DNA from: Candidatus Culexmicrobium cathedralense
GTDB lineage: Archaea > Thermoproteota > Methanomethylicia > Culexarchaeales > Culexmicrobiaceae
Reading direction: 5' to 3'
Assembly: GCA_025061115.1 (NCBI GenBank)
Contig: JANZKC010000001.1
Location: 704,001 to 768,000, forward strand
Length of the DNA stretch: 64,000 bases
The notes under the pieces: model-generated
Told to the model about the DNA's origin: nothing
The model's database searches: none
What the model saw: the letters and a program-made list of their open reading frames with translations, nothing else
Made by a program: the position numbers and the translations under genes
Part shown: positions 10,663 to 20,893 of the stretch, one piece after another
How the letters are laid out: each line of letters begins with the position of its first letter
How positions within the stretch are numbered: position 1 is the first letter of the stretch

Positions 10663-10740
10663 GCGGCGGTCGTCTAGCCTGGACTAGGACGTGGGCCTTC
10701 CACGCCCAGGACCCGGGTTCGAATCCCGGCCGCCGCACCA
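10663..10740 (+). tRNA. tRNA-Gly(TCC), CCA encoded
   Basis: Acceptor stem GCGGCGG/CCGCCGC, anticodon arm TGGGC-CTTCCAC-GCCCA, T arm CCGGG-TTCGAAT-CCCGG, then ACCA. Confidence 0.97.
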
Positions 10741-10867
10741 CCCAATCATCAGCTCAGCTGGTGTTTGTGGATCAGCTTCTAATAGGATTGGATGTTTAAG
10801 TTATCCATTAATTTTCTTCTCATCTGAACACTTAATTCTGAAAATGCTTGATGAAGAAAATTGTCAG

Positions 10868-10914
10868 TAGTTATATAACAACCGTCAACTTTTTTAACGG
10901 TTGTTATATAACTA
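10868..10914. promoter_or_regulatory. Perfect 18-bp inverted repeat (11-nt spacer), putative AbiEi autoregulatory operator
   Basis: TAGTTATATAACAACCGT (10868-10885) / ACGGTTGTTATATAACTA (10897-10914), ending 5 nt before ATG 10920; each arm contains TATA-like TTATATA. Confidence 0.75.
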
Positions 10915-10919
10915 TTCGT

Positions 10920-11549
10920 ATGAAACTAGCGACTAGGTACCTGCTCTCGGAGTATGGGGGCAGGGTTGTAACTAGAATTGAGCTCGTTGACCTGTGCGAG
11001 AGATTTAGGATAGACCTTGATTATTTCATAAACCATGCTATTAGGTATGGTTACGTGGTCAGGATACTCAGAGGCTTATATTACGTTAAGACTGTTGAGG
11101 AGTTCAAGCTTAGGAAGAGCCTAAACCCCTTAAGAGTACTGTCCCTTGGGATGAAGAGGCTGGGGATTAAGTGGTATTTCGGTCTTTACACTGCACTGAG
11201 GCTTAGTGGTGTAACGCATGAGTACTATGATGTAACTTTCGTGATAAGCCACTCTCTCTTTAGGCCTAGGCCTATTAAAATCGCAGGAGAGAATGTAAGG
11301 TTCGTAAAAATTAAGCCCAGTTTGGTAAACTTCGGCCTTGTCAAGAGAAAAGAGTTAGTATACTCAGACCTTGAGAAAACCCTGCTGGACTTCCTGTACC
11401 TGTCTAAGTATGGCAGGATAACGCGTAGAGAGGCTCTAGACGTACTTAGAGAGTATTCGGAGAGAGCTAGCAGGGAGAAGCTTGCCAAATATGTTATTCA
11501 CTACCCCAAAACCATCAAGGAGGTTCTAGTTGATGAAGGGATTCTCTGA
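10920..11549 (+). CDS. abiEi: AbiEi-like antitoxin (type IV TA), N-terminal wHTH
   Basis: 'GYVVRILRGLYYV', 'YFGLYTAL' and 'SDLEKTLLDFLY' match AbiEi family patterns; upstream of AbiEii. Confidence 0.85.
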   Translation: MKLATRYLLSEYGGRVVTRIELVDLCERFRIDLDYFINHAIRYGYVVRILRGLYYVKTVEEFKLRKSLNPLRVLSLGMKRLGIKWYFGLYTALRLSGVTHEYYDVTFVISHSLFRPRPIKIAGENVRFVKIKPSLVNFGLVKRKELVYSDLEKTLLDFLYLSKYGRITRREALDVLREYSERASREKLAKYVIHYPKTIKEVLVDEGIL

Positions 11550-12447
11550 GTTCATTCAGTTCATAATAGAGAAAACAGGGCTTAACAAACCCTTGTTAGT
11601 GGAGAAAGATGTGTTACTACACTTACTGCTTTACAAGCTCTCCCAGGACGAGAAGTTCGGAAGCGAATACTTGTTTAAGGGAGGCTCGTGCCTTGTGAAG
11701 TGCTACTTCGGCTACTATAGGTTCAGCGTAGATCTAGACTTCACATACTCGCATCAAGAAAGGTGGGAAGGCCTCTCTAAGTCCGAGAGAAGGAGAGAGC
11801 TGGTCTCTGAGGCTGAGCAACTAGCTCGACTGTTAAAAGAAGCCTCCAGCGGCTTAGGTTTTGAATTTATTGCAGATATTAGGAATAGGAGGTTCGTGGA
11901 GTTCGGTAGTGGGTCTAGGCTTGTCACTTACAAGCTATATCATAGAGGAGAGTTATTGAAAATTCAGGTTAATCTGGCTGAAGAGTTGCTCTTCAAACCT
12001 CAGAAGCGTAAGGTTAGGAACCTTCTTGAGGGTATAAGCGTCACGGACGAGGAGAAAGCATACTTCAGAGAGCTTCTGGATGAGTATAAAGCGTTTGAGT
12101 TGCAGACCTACGACTTAAGGGAGATTCTCTGTGAGAAAGTTAGAGCTGTACTTACCAGGAGAGTACAGAAGCTAAGAGACTTCTACGACCTCTACATGCT
12201 TGAGAAAGCTAAGCTGAAGGTAGAAGATTATGTAGATAAAATAGTGCGTAAGCTGAAGCCCATTCTTAGATATAAGAGATACAGGGAGAATTTCGAGAGA
12301 AACAGAGGGAAGCTTAGCGTAACTCTAGAATCAATGATGAATAGTTATGAGCTGTCCCTGTTCATAAAGCAGCCAGATCGAGAAGAGTTCAGGCAATTCC
12401 TAGACGACCTAGGCGAAAAATTGAGAGAAGTCATGAAAAGCATTTAA
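11530..12447 (+). CDS. abiEii: AbiEii/AbiGii nucleotidyltransferase toxin (type IV TA)
   Basis: VEKD, FKGGSCL, YRFSVDLDF, EILCEKVRA and RDFYDLY motifs; overlaps the antitoxin stop. Confidence 0.9.
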   Translation: MMKGFSEFIQFIIEKTGLNKPLLVEKDVLLHLLLYKLSQDEKFGSEYLFKGGSCLVKCYFGYYRFSVDLDFTYSHQERWEGLSKSERRRELVSEAEQLARLLKEASSGLGFEFIADIRNRRFVEFGSGSRLVTYKLYHRGELLKIQVNLAEELLFKPQKRKVRNLLEGISVTDEEKAYFRELLDEYKAFELQTYDLREILCEKVRAVLTRRVQKLRDFYDLYMLEKAKLKVEDYVDKIVRKLKPILRYKRYRENFERNRGKLSVTLESMMNSYELSLFIKQPDREEFRQFLDDLGEKLREVMKSI

Positions 12448-12563
12448 GTTTAGGCAGATCATACAGGCAATTGCCTATTTACATTTAGATCCCCTACTCC
12501 TCTAAGTTCTGTAGTAGTTGAGAACTCTATATCTTTGCATAAGTGAAACTTAAATTCTACTTA

Positions 12564-14954
12564 TTAGAATTCTTCGTATCCTTTTAGTGGCTCTACTTTG
12601 CAGTAGTGGGATAGTAGTTGTTTCATTATTGTTCTCATTTCTGTCATGATTAGTGCTGGTGGGAGGTCGAGTAGGTCGCATACGTCTTGCCAGCTTTTTG
12701 CCTGGAGTATTTTTGCTATTAGCATTAGTTTCTGATGTTTGGTTAGTTTGGGCCGCCTTTCTTCTATGTCGTAGAAGTAGCATTTGGCAAGCTCATGTGT
12801 TCCGTCTACTACTCCCTCTAGAGTCATGGGTCCCCATGCGTAGATTCTGAGCCTTTCGATTTGAACTTTGGTGAGGCGTGGGGTGATTTCTTCTTCGACT
12901 GGCATTCCCCATCCTTGGAGCAGTAGGTAGGCTATTTCGGTTTCTAGGTCTCTGTAGGTGTCGTGTAGTGAGTTTATTAGTCTTCGCCTGAACTCCTTGT
13001 TGGCTTCTAAGACGTATTTTGCGACTTCATCCTTTAGTGGCTTTATTACTATGACGGTGTACTCTCCGCTTATTGGGTTTCTGTCTGGGCTTATGTGGAT
13101 TGGTATGAAGCCGTTTTTGATCCAGAAGCGTAGTAGGCTTTCTGATACTCCGAATCCAGCGCCTACCCAGTCGTATCCTTTCTCCTTGGCTTCCCTGCAT
13201 ACTTCTCTTAGCATCATCGATCCTATTCCTCTGCCCATGAGTTGGATGTGGGTGGCGATTCTAACTATTCTCCATCCGACGTATTTGCCGAATTCGGTTG
13301 TTCTGAAGTGCTTGATGAATCGGTCTGGAATTATGTTTCCTTGTATTTTTGCTCCTAGTAGGAGTTCTTTGCCCACTTCTTTGGGGATGGGCCCTTCCTC
13401 GGCTAGTTCAATGCTGCAGACTATTTTGCCTGTTGGTGTTTTTAGCGCTCTTATTTCGTGGTGTGGAGCATCTGCAATCATTGCTAGGTCTTTGGGCTGA
13501 TTTCTGTAGTGGGCTAATACGTAAATGCCTATGAACTGCCTGAGCTCGTTGTCGTTTTTGAAGAATAGGTCTTCAAGGTTTAGCTTGACGTAGTTGAGCT
13601 TGAGTTCCTTAATGAACTTCAAGTCTTCTTCAGTTATGTCTGCAGGCTCAGCGTCGAGCATTAGCGTGTCGAAGAGCCACCTCTCAATTGGATCGTCCCT
13701 AGCATATCTGATGGGCTCAGTCATTTCGTACTCTACGACTTTGGTTTGCGGATCTTCCTTTAGGGCTTTGAGGAAGCGAACTGAGAATCCTCTTCCCGCA
13801 CCTTCATATCCGTGAATTGTGGATGAGAATACTAGCCGCCTAAACGCCCTCCATATGGCGTATAGCATTGGAACTGGCAGGCCGGCCGCCTCATCAACAG
13901 CTACTACGTCTGCCCTCCTGGTAACCGCGTCGAGAGGCTCCCTATACTCGATTATTATCTGCCTAGTTTCAATTCTGACGATCATGCCTCCTCTTCGGAG
14001 AACTTTAACGTTCTTGTAGCCCAGCGCTTTGAATGCTTTGAGAGCTAACTCCATTAATGGCTGAATGTTTGTTGGGCTGGGAGCGGTGACCAGCACTTTT
14101 ACTGGAATCTTCTTTAAGCTTATAGCTCTAGCTAAGGCGACAAGCCCTATGCCCACCGAGCAGGACTTGCCTCTACCCCTATCTGCAGTTATGACTACAG
14201 CGAGTCTTCCCTTGGGCCTGTCAATCAGCTTTTCGAAAAGCCTTAAAACTTCAACTTGATCTTGGGTTAAAGCTAATCTGAATATTTTAAGTGAAAATGG
14301 GCTTCTCTTGGGGAGCTTGATCTTCTTGCGCTTCAACTTAACTGAGCGCTTAACGCCTATGAGCTTGAAGGGCTTTATGAAGCAGCCTTCGTCCGAATCG
14401 TAAACTCCAATACCATCATATTCGAGGAGCTTCTTGATGAAGCGCCTAGTGAATATGTCTCTAACGGTCGAAACGGGGTATTGTATGGTTGCAAGCTCAC
14501 GCCTAAATCTCGTCACCACCCTAGGCCAAGACTTGATGGATGGAGCCAGCAGAACTATTAATCCGCCTCCACGGACAATTCCAGTCAATCTGCCCACGTC
14601 ATTTGGATTTAAGTCGTTGATCAAGTCGAGGACTGCAATATCGAAGGTCGCTCCCAGTACGGTTTCAGTCTCCTTGTAATTGATGACTTTAAGTTCAACC
14701 CTACCATCGAGCTCGTCGGCAAACTCCCCTACGAGTTGAAGCCTACTTGCAGCGTCATCGTAAAATGAGTGATAGGCATATAGCACTTCAACCCTATCTT
14801 TATGCCTTAAAATTGAATTGCAAGCTTCTACGAGCATCTCCCTCGCTGCCGTACAGAGCTTAACTTGATCATCGCCTGCGACAACTAGCATGCGCCTATG
14901 ATTAATTGCTGCGGCTTCCTCCAAAACTTGGCTCAGCGTAACTCTAGTCTTCAC
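12564..14954 (-). CDS. tmcA: tRNA/RNA cytidine acetyltransferase TmcA/NAT10 (ac4C)
   Basis: ADRGRGKS, DEAA, STIHGYEGAGRGF, PIRYA..DPIE, LAHYRNQP and RIVRIATH..MGRGIG; GTG start after GGAGGTG. Confidence 0.93.
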   Translation of the reverse strand: MKTRVTLSQVLEEAAAINHRRMLVVAGDDQVKLCTAAREMLVEACNSILRHKDRVEVLYAYHSFYDDAASRLQLVGEFADELDGRVELKVINYKETETVLGATFDIAVLDLINDLNPNDVGRLTGIVRGGGLIVLLAPSIKSWPRVVTRFRRELATIQYPVSTVRDIFTRRFIKKLLEYDGIGVYDSDEGCFIKPFKLIGVKRSVKLKRKKIKLPKRSPFSLKIFRLALTQDQVEVLRLFEKLIDRPKGRLAVVITADRGRGKSCSVGIGLVALARAISLKKIPVKVLVTAPSPTNIQPLMELALKAFKALGYKNVKVLRRGGMIVRIETRQIIIEYREPLDAVTRRADVVAVDEAAGLPVPMLYAIWRAFRRLVFSSTIHGYEGAGRGFSVRFLKALKEDPQTKVVEYEMTEPIRYARDDPIERWLFDTLMLDAEPADITEEDLKFIKELKLNYVKLNLEDLFFKNDNELRQFIGIYVLAHYRNQPKDLAMIADAPHHEIRALKTPTGKIVCSIELAEEGPIPKEVGKELLLGAKIQGNIIPDRFIKHFRTTEFGKYVGWRIVRIATHIQLMGRGIGSMMLREVCREAKEKGYDWVGAGFGVSESLLRFWIKNGFIPIHISPDRNPISGEYTVIVIKPLKDEVAKYVLEANKEFRRRLINSLHDTYRDLETEIAYLLLQGWGMPVEEEITPRLTKVQIERLRIYAWGPMTLEGVVDGTHELAKCYFYDIEERRPKLTKHQKLMLIAKILQAKSWQDVCDLLDLPPALIMTEMRTIMKQLLSHYCKVEPLKGYEEF

Positions 14955-15193
14955 TGAAGCACCTCCAAAAGCAGTGGATGTCGCTGCTAATTGCACGAAA
15001 AATTACGAAAACAATCTTAAATACTTGTGGCGATAACCGAGCCCAAGTAGGCATAGCCAATCAACTTAAAGTTCAAGAGGGCAGCAACAATCACCCTCAT
15101 GAAGTAGCTTGCAGAGTTTGAATCGACAATGGAAATGCTGAGCGACCAGATTAAATTAGAATTTAAGAAGTAGTACTAGTAGCATTAGGTGGC

Positions 15194-15325
15194 ATGCATT
15201 TGCCCATCATCAAAGTTACCAGCAAATACCAAGTGATAATGCCTGAAAGCATAAGGGGTTCGGGTTTGATGGTTTTGATGTATTTTATTGCCACCCTTCC
15301 CCATCATCGAGGCTTCCACCTCTAA
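15194..15325 (+). pseudogene. AbrB/MazE/SpoVT-type DNA-binding protein remnant
   Basis: Unlisted 43-codon ORF beginning MHLPIIKVTSKYQVIMPESIR (AbrB 'KV..kyQv.iP..iR'); similarity is lost after that. Confidence 0.5.
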
Positions 15326-15460
15326 TAGGGCTTTCGTGGTAACCTCCAGAAGAGCCCCGCATCCGAAGGTTTAGGGTTGCAACCACATCGATAAAAAGTT
15401 CTACGTCTAATTTTGCGTAAGGGCTTAATGCATAATGAACCCTAGTTAAATTGATATGAG

Positions 15461-16414
15461 ATGTCCGAGTTGATGTCGATTCTTCTTCTCGGAACTCTAT
15501 CAACGTTTTTTGCGGAGGTGTTTTCAGGTGCATCTCACTTGTGGTTTATTGATCCGTGGGGGCTTCTAGTAACTTTGCCCCTATACTTATCCCACACGCT
15601 ATTTCTATTGAATTTAGCTGTTAAAACTGGAAGGACATCGTTGAGGCAGTTATATTATTGGGGAATGCTTTTTGGGCTTTACGAGTCGTGGATTACGAAG
15701 GTTTTGTGGGCAGGGTACTTCGATGCGGAGGGCCCAATGTTTGGAACCTTCCTAGGAGTAGCTTGGGCCGAATTCCTAACTCTCGTCCTTTTCTGGCATC
15801 CAGTGATGTCCTTCATCATTCCAATTTTAACCTACGAAGTTTTAAGCGGCGATTTCCTCCCAAACCATAGGCGATACTTGAGGAAGAGCAGGAGAAAGAC
15901 GCTGCTAATATTTTTAATTCTACTTATTGGCGCAAGCCTTCAAAGCACAAACTCCAAATATGATCTGGCAACTGCATTGGGATCAATGGCTGGCAGCATA
16001 GCGATAATATGTTTAATTAATAGAATAGCCAAGGAAAAGAAGTTGAAGTCCCTGGAGCTAAGCAATAAGGGGCTAATTCTCTTAGCAGCGTACTTAACCA
16101 TGCTTTACGCATCAACATTCTTCCTATTGCTTCCGGAGAGAATACCTAGAGGCATTGTTCCATGGACGCCAATCCTATTCTGGTATGCGCTTACGCTGCT
16201 ACTGCTTAAATACTCGAAGCCAAGCTTTGAGAAGGCTGATGCGGAAGGTGAAGTTTATGGTAAGGGAGACTTCTCTAAATATATGGTGACGCTGCTAATC
16301 CTCACAGCAGTGATGTGCATTTTCCCTCCAGTAAGTCAACTAATCGCAATAACCTTCGTACTTTCAATTATAGCTTTAAGCCCAATAATACTTATTGGAA
16401 CCCTCCTTAAGTGA
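15461..16414 (+). CDS. Uncharacterised polytopic membrane protein
   Basis: About 8-9 TM segments; conserved-looking FAEVFSG, LFGLYESWITK and FWHP. Confidence 0.75.
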   Translation: MSELMSILLLGTLSTFFAEVFSGASHLWFIDPWGLLVTLPLYLSHTLFLLNLAVKTGRTSLRQLYYWGMLFGLYESWITKVLWAGYFDAEGPMFGTFLGVAWAEFLTLVLFWHPVMSFIIPILTYEVLSGDFLPNHRRYLRKSRRKTLLIFLILLIGASLQSTNSKYDLATALGSMAGSIAIICLINRIAKEKKLKSLELSNKGLILLAAYLTMLYASTFFLLLPERIPRGIVPWTPILFWYALTLLLLKYSKPSFEKADAEGEVYGKGDFSKYMVTLLILTAVMCIFPPVSQLIAITFVLSIIALSPIILIGTLLK

Positions 16415-16450
16415 GTGGCAATCTTAGCTTACTAAGAGTAAGAGCTAAAC

Positions 16451-16918
16451 CTAATATATGTTGAAGCTTATTTCCAGCAGCTTCTTACTCCTTCTAAATC
16501 TAATCTTCTCTATGCGTATTTCACCTATCTCTCCAGTTGTCTTCGTATGCATTTTGTTGCATGCATTTATGTTCCAATCCTCAATGATCACGATTGTAAG
16601 TCTTTTCACGTGGCTTGGTACGGGGAATAAATCGTACATTTCATCTCCAAAAATTCTTTCAGCCTCTGCCCTATCCATCTCCACGACTTTGATTGGCACG
16701 TTTTCCATCACCTTCATATTGGATAAGCGCTCAATCTCCTTTACCTCATCCATGGTGGGCTTCCTATCAAACTTCACCGTCAACCTTCCATGATTTCCCT
16801 TCACATAGGTTGAGGCCGTCCACTTTGCGCCTAGAACTTTTCTCACAGCTCCTTTAACCACATGGAGAGCCGTGTGAGTTCTAACCTCCACATCCAATTG
16901 GCTCTTCGACACGGCCAT
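16451..16918 (-). CDS. alaXS: Stand-alone alanyl-tRNA editing protein AlaX-S
   Basis: HTALH and CNKMH zinc motifs, 'DWNINAC', 155 aa. Confidence 0.9.
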   Translation of the reverse strand: MAVSKSQLDVEVRTHTALHVVKGAVRKVLGAKWTASTYVKGNHGRLTVKFDRKPTMDEVKEIERLSNMKVMENVPIKVVEMDRAEAERIFGDEMYDLFPVPSHVKRLTIVIIEDWNINACNKMHTKTTGEIGEIRIEKIRFRRSKKLLEISFNIY

Positions 16919-17009
16919 TCACCTAGGTTTAAGCTACTATTAAACTCATATGCGCTGCACTTTAAATTGGCTTTACTGCATTGAGCTATGATGAAAAGAG
17001 ATGTTAAGG

Positions 17010-17757
17010 CTAGAATGTGAATCTTCCGCCATTAATTCCCAGCGTCTGTCCAGTTATGGATCGCGATCGCTCTATGGCTGGGAAGTAGACTGCTTCAGCT
17101 ACATCTTCAGGTTTTGCAATATCCTTTAGTGGATGTAGATCTGCGACTCTTCTCCTCTTCTCAGGCGTGTCTATGAAAACTTTAACCATTTCAGTTTCAA
17201 TAAAGCTTGGCGTCACGGCGTTAACGCGTATCTTAGGAGCCAACTCAACCGCTAACCTCCTGGTTAACCCGATGACTCCAGCTTTAGATGCGCAGTAAAC
17301 TGCTGATGCAACTACATTCCCGTCTGACCAGCAATACTCGTCATGTTCACTATGCTGGCCCATGGAGCCCTCCTCAATAGGGGTAGGAAGTACTTTGTAG
17401 TTAGGAAGGCTCCAGTCAAATTAATCCTAATAACCCTCTCTCCCAATCCTCAAGCCTCGTCTCATCAATAGTTCCAAAGAATACTGCACCTGCATTATTG
17501 ACAAGCACGTTCAGGTAGGGAATTCTCCTCGAAACTTCATCGAAGCCCCTCTTAACGCTACTCTCACTAGATACGTCCATTTGGATGTAGAAGCCATTTG
17601 CACCCATCTCCTCAATGAGCTTCAACGTCTCGTCAGATGCACTCCTATTCCTATGATATGAAAAGGCGACGGTGAAATTCGACCTGGCAAATCTAAGCAC
17701 TATGGCGCGTCCAATTCCTCGATCGCCACCAGTAACAAAAACGTAATTCTAGTCAAA
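17010..17757 (-). pseudogene. Short-chain dehydrogenase/reductase (FabG-like) pseudogene
   Basis: Pieces VFVTGGDRGIG, VNNAG, INLTGAF, IVNMTSIAG, YCASK and RVNAVTP lie in different frames; at least 3 frameshifts. Confidence 0.85.
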
Positions 17758-17983
17758 ATCCTACTAAATAAAAAGTAGTACGTATGGAAGTTAAATGCTT
17801 GATGAAATGCTTACAGCGCGAAAACCCATAAACTTAACCCATCAACCTAATGGCATCAGCAGCTTGCCAGGAAATTGAGGTTCAAGATAGAAAAGTTTAT
17901 GAAATTAATGAGGGGACTCTAACAATAGACCGAAACCGCAGGGGTTAGGAGTAACACCATTAACGTGATTAAGTAACGCATTT

Positions 17984-18085
17984 GCCGCGGTCGTCTAGCA
18001 CGGCCAAGGATATGGGCCTCTCGAGCTCGTGTGAGCTGCGCGGGGAAAGCCCAAGACCCGGGTTCGAATCCCGGCCGCGGCACCA
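17984..18085 (+). tRNA. tRNA-Glu(CTC) with 24-nt canonical (37/38) intron at 18024-18047
   Basis: GCCGCGG/CCGCGGC acceptor stem, TGGGC-CTCTCG[intron]A-GCCCA, BHB central helix CUCU:GGGG, T arm, ACCA. Confidence 0.93.
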
Positions 18086-18106
18086 CTAAATTTTGCTGGT
18101 TTATTG

Positions 18107-19018
18107 TCATGCGCTTAGGATTATTGGCCCCTTAATGTCGATTTTGGCAATTACTATCTTGTCTCTGCGGAAGTGCTTTGTGAATGCGTTGTATACGCTT
18201 TCCAGGTTTTCTTTGGGGGTTAGTGCGTGGATTGCTTCTCCAATCATGTTTTGGGTTGCTCCTACTGCTCCCGCTTTCTCGGCTTCCTGAATTGCTTTTT
18301 TGACTCTGCCTGTCATGAACCCGGATTTGATTGCGAACTTCTTGCATTGCTTCATGAAGTTTTCCGGCGTTGGTTCCTTCATGATGTGCCGGAGCGTTTC
18401 TTTACCCAGTTTTTTGATTTGTTGGAGTTTAGCTGGGTTGCTTAGTACTTTTTTGGTTGGTATTGGCCCGTAGGCTGCTGCTATGATGTAGTAGTCATCT
18501 GTGGATATTGGTATTCTGTCTACTATTCCTATTCCTGGCGCTCCTGGTTTTACTGCTATTCTGAAGCCTCCCCCTATTATTCCCGTCACTGTTCCTAGTC
18601 CTGTTTTGCACTGGAGGTCTGCTAGATGCGCTGCTCTTGCTATTTGTAGGTATGTCATGTTTAGTTTGAGGGCCTTTGCTAGGGCGAGCGCTATGGCTAG
18701 GGCGCTTGCTCCACTTGTGCCGAATCCGCATTCTATTGGGACTTGGATCTTCTGCTTAACGACGATCCTGCATGGCTCCAGGTTGGGTGGCAACATCAAT
18801 TTTACCAGCTTGCCTAATATGCATGAGTCAACTTTGACGTTGTTGATGTAGTTTTCCAGGGTTGTTTTCTCGGCGTTGAAGCTTATTTCTAGGTTTACTT
18901 GGACTCCGCGACTTATCGTGAACCCGCCTCCCCACGCTCCGCACTTCAATGGGTCTTTAACGATGTGAGGGGCGAAGAAGCTTGAGATTGCCGCAGGAGA
19001 GAATGTTTCCACGTTCAT
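18107..19018 (-). CDS. pok: Pantoate kinase (GHMP family)
   Basis: FSPAAISSFF, PIECGFGTSGA, AHLADL..KTGLGTV, PGAPGIG and QNMIGE motifs. Confidence 0.85.
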   Translation of the reverse strand: MNVETFSPAAISSFFAPHIVKDPLKCGAWGGGFTISRGVQVNLEISFNAEKTTLENYINNVKVDSCILGKLVKLMLPPNLEPCRIVVKQKIQVPIECGFGTSGASALAIALALAKALKLNMTYLQIARAAHLADLQCKTGLGTVTGIIGGGFRIAVKPGAPGIGIVDRIPISTDDYYIIAAAYGPIPTKKVLSNPAKLQQIKKLGKETLRHIMKEPTPENFMKQCKKFAIKSGFMTGRVKKAIQEAEKAGAVGATQNMIGEAIHALTPKENLESVYNAFTKHFRRDKIVIAKIDIKGPIILSA

Positions 19019-19122
19019 TTCACATCTAGTTAATCTCGATTTTAATTATAACTTGATTGGTAACCTATGTTGAGATGTATGGTTATAGGATGAAGTTTTG
19101 TTATTATAGTTGGCGCTGAGGG

Positions 19123-19641
19123 TTACTGGTAATTAATTCGCTGAGTTTTGTAGTTTATAGGGTCTAGATCATTTGAATGCTCCTTTTCTCGGCAGTATTT
19201 TTGATGTTCTTGCAGTTGTTGGAGCTTGTCTTTTAATTGACCTATTTTTTCTTTGAGTTGCTTTGCCTTTTGGATTATTTGTTGTGTTGGTTCCTTTAGC
19301 CGTTCTATTTGGCTATCTAGTTGTTGGAGCTGCTTTTGCAGTTCTATTATTTCTGTTCCTGTCTCGTAGAAGTGCTTTTTGAAGTCTATGAGGAGTGCGT
19401 AGCTCACATTTCTCCTTAATATTTGGGTGAGATTCTCCCTTTGCTGGATTGTTTGCTGGATGTTTTGGAGCTTATCTTCAAGTTCCTCTAGGTTTTGAAT
19501 TATTGTTGGCAGTAGATCTTTCTTTATCTTTTCTAGTAGCTGCCTCTCTCTTTTCTCTACTCTTTCTATTGATAGGTACATGTAGATGAGTATTATTAGT
19601 GCTGCTAATACTACTGCTATTGTTGATGGCTGCAAATCCAC
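19123..19641 (-). CDS. Orphan membrane-anchored, Gln-rich coiled-coil protein
   Basis: N-terminal TM followed by a heptad-rich Q/E/K/L region; AT-rich. Confidence 0.6.
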   Translation of the reverse strand: MDLQPSTIAVVLAALIILIYMYLSIERVEKRERQLLEKIKKDLLPTIIQNLEELEDKLQNIQQTIQQRENLTQILRRNVSYALLIDFKKHFYETGTEIIELQKQLQQLDSQIERLKEPTQQIIQKAKQLKEKIGQLKDKLQQLQEHQKYCREKEHSNDLDPINYKTQRINYQ

Positions 19642-19756
19642 AATTAGTCTCCCACTAATTATTTTCTCTTTTTTCTCTTTACGTTATTGTTTCATCGTTG
19701 CGCTGATTTCGGAAGGTTTTATAGGAGCGCTTGTTTGATACTATTATGGTGATTCT

Positions 19757-20419
19757 GTGGATTTAAGTGAGATTTTGGGTGAGGCTTGGAATTTTACTGT
19801 TAAGCTTACTCACGATATTGGTAATTTAATCATATTATTTGTTTTGAATTTGATTCCCATAGTCAACTTGACGTTTGTTGGTTATTGCGCTAGGATTATC
19901 AGGTTGGGAGGCTCTGTTGATAGGCCTCCGAGGATTGATAGGTACCTTGAGGCTTTTATTGATGGGCTTAAGATATTCCTTGCCGTCATCCTCTATGCTC
20001 TTATACCTCTACTTATAGTGGTGGCTGCCGCAGCCCCAGTGATAATGCATTTAGGATTCCCCATGTGGCAGGCTTTTTGGTGGTATCATGCTCGCGTGTT
20101 CTTTATTGGAGCCATGCTTTTTGGCTCGATTTTAGCTAGTTTAATTGGACTTTTCCTCTTCATCTTCGGAGCCATGGGCATTGTCCACATGATTAAGACT
20201 GGCAAATTTTTGAAGGCATTCGCAGTAACTGAAATTTTGAGCTTGATCAGTGAAGTGGGCTGGGCCAGGTATTTGGGCTGGCTGATAATCATGTACATCC
20301 TCTCCCGCGTCGTCGTCAGCTTGAATAGCATCCACTGGATCGTCTTTTCGATAGTTAGCGTCTTCTACGCCGTTTTCGTTGCGAGAAGCGCCCACTACAT
20401 TTATCCAAGCAAGCCTTAA
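19757..20419 (+). CDS. DUF4013 family membrane protein
   Basis: 'IPIVNL..VGY..RIIR', 'FIDGLK' and 'FLKAF...EI' patterns. Confidence 0.75.
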   Translation: MDLSEILGEAWNFTVKLTHDIGNLIILFVLNLIPIVNLTFVGYCARIIRLGGSVDRPPRIDRYLEAFIDGLKIFLAVILYALIPLLIVVAAAAPVIMHLGFPMWQAFWWYHARVFFIGAMLFGSILASLIGLFLFIFGAMGIVHMIKTGKFLKAFAVTEILSLISEVGWARYLGWLIIMYILSRVVVSLNSIHWIVFSIVSVFYAVFVARSAHYIYPSKP

Positions 20420-20456
20420 TTAGCTGGTGGCTTCAAGGGTTTATTGGAGACTAATT

Positions 20457-20879
20457 ATGAGTTGTTTTGAGAAGGAAGCTGAGCTTATAGGTTATCGTGG
20501 CATTTACTGCCGCTTATGCGACTACTTTACTGGCAAGATTAGAAATGTGGCTAGGCGAGCTTTGGAAATGGTTGAAAAGCATGGTGAGCTGAAAATTTTC
20601 GCAGAGAAAACCGGCGCTTTCAATTATGAGGAGCTGGTTAGAGGATTAAAGTGGATGGCAACAACATTAACTCCATGCATTGGCGGCTGTAGGGTCGATG
20701 GCGGCTGGGAAGCTTGCCCAGTTCGTAAGTGCCGTATTGATAGGAAGGTTGACTTCTGCTTTGAATGCAGCGAATTTCCATGCAAAATATTGGAGGAATC
20801 CTCTCCCCGAGCCGTGGATAGGTTGATGGAGATTAAAGAGCTTGGAATAGAAAACTGGATTAAAAGGCAGTTGGCCTGA
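20457..20879 (+). CDS. DUF3795 family Cys-rich protein
   Basis: GIYCRLC, CIGGC and 'CPVRKC...KVDFCFECSEFPC'. Confidence 0.8.
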   Translation: MSCFEKEAELIGYRGIYCRLCDYFTGKIRNVARRALEMVEKHGELKIFAEKTGAFNYEELVRGLKWMATTLTPCIGGCRVDGGWEACPVRKCRIDRKVDFCFECSEFPCKILEESSPRAVDRLMEIKELGIENWIKRQLA

Positions 20880-20893
20880 GTCATGGTGAAATT

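Noticed and set aside
10741-12563. Integrated virus or plasmid at tRNA-Gly
   Set aside because: No integrase and no duplicated tRNA 3' end (att site) seen; only the TA pair is present.
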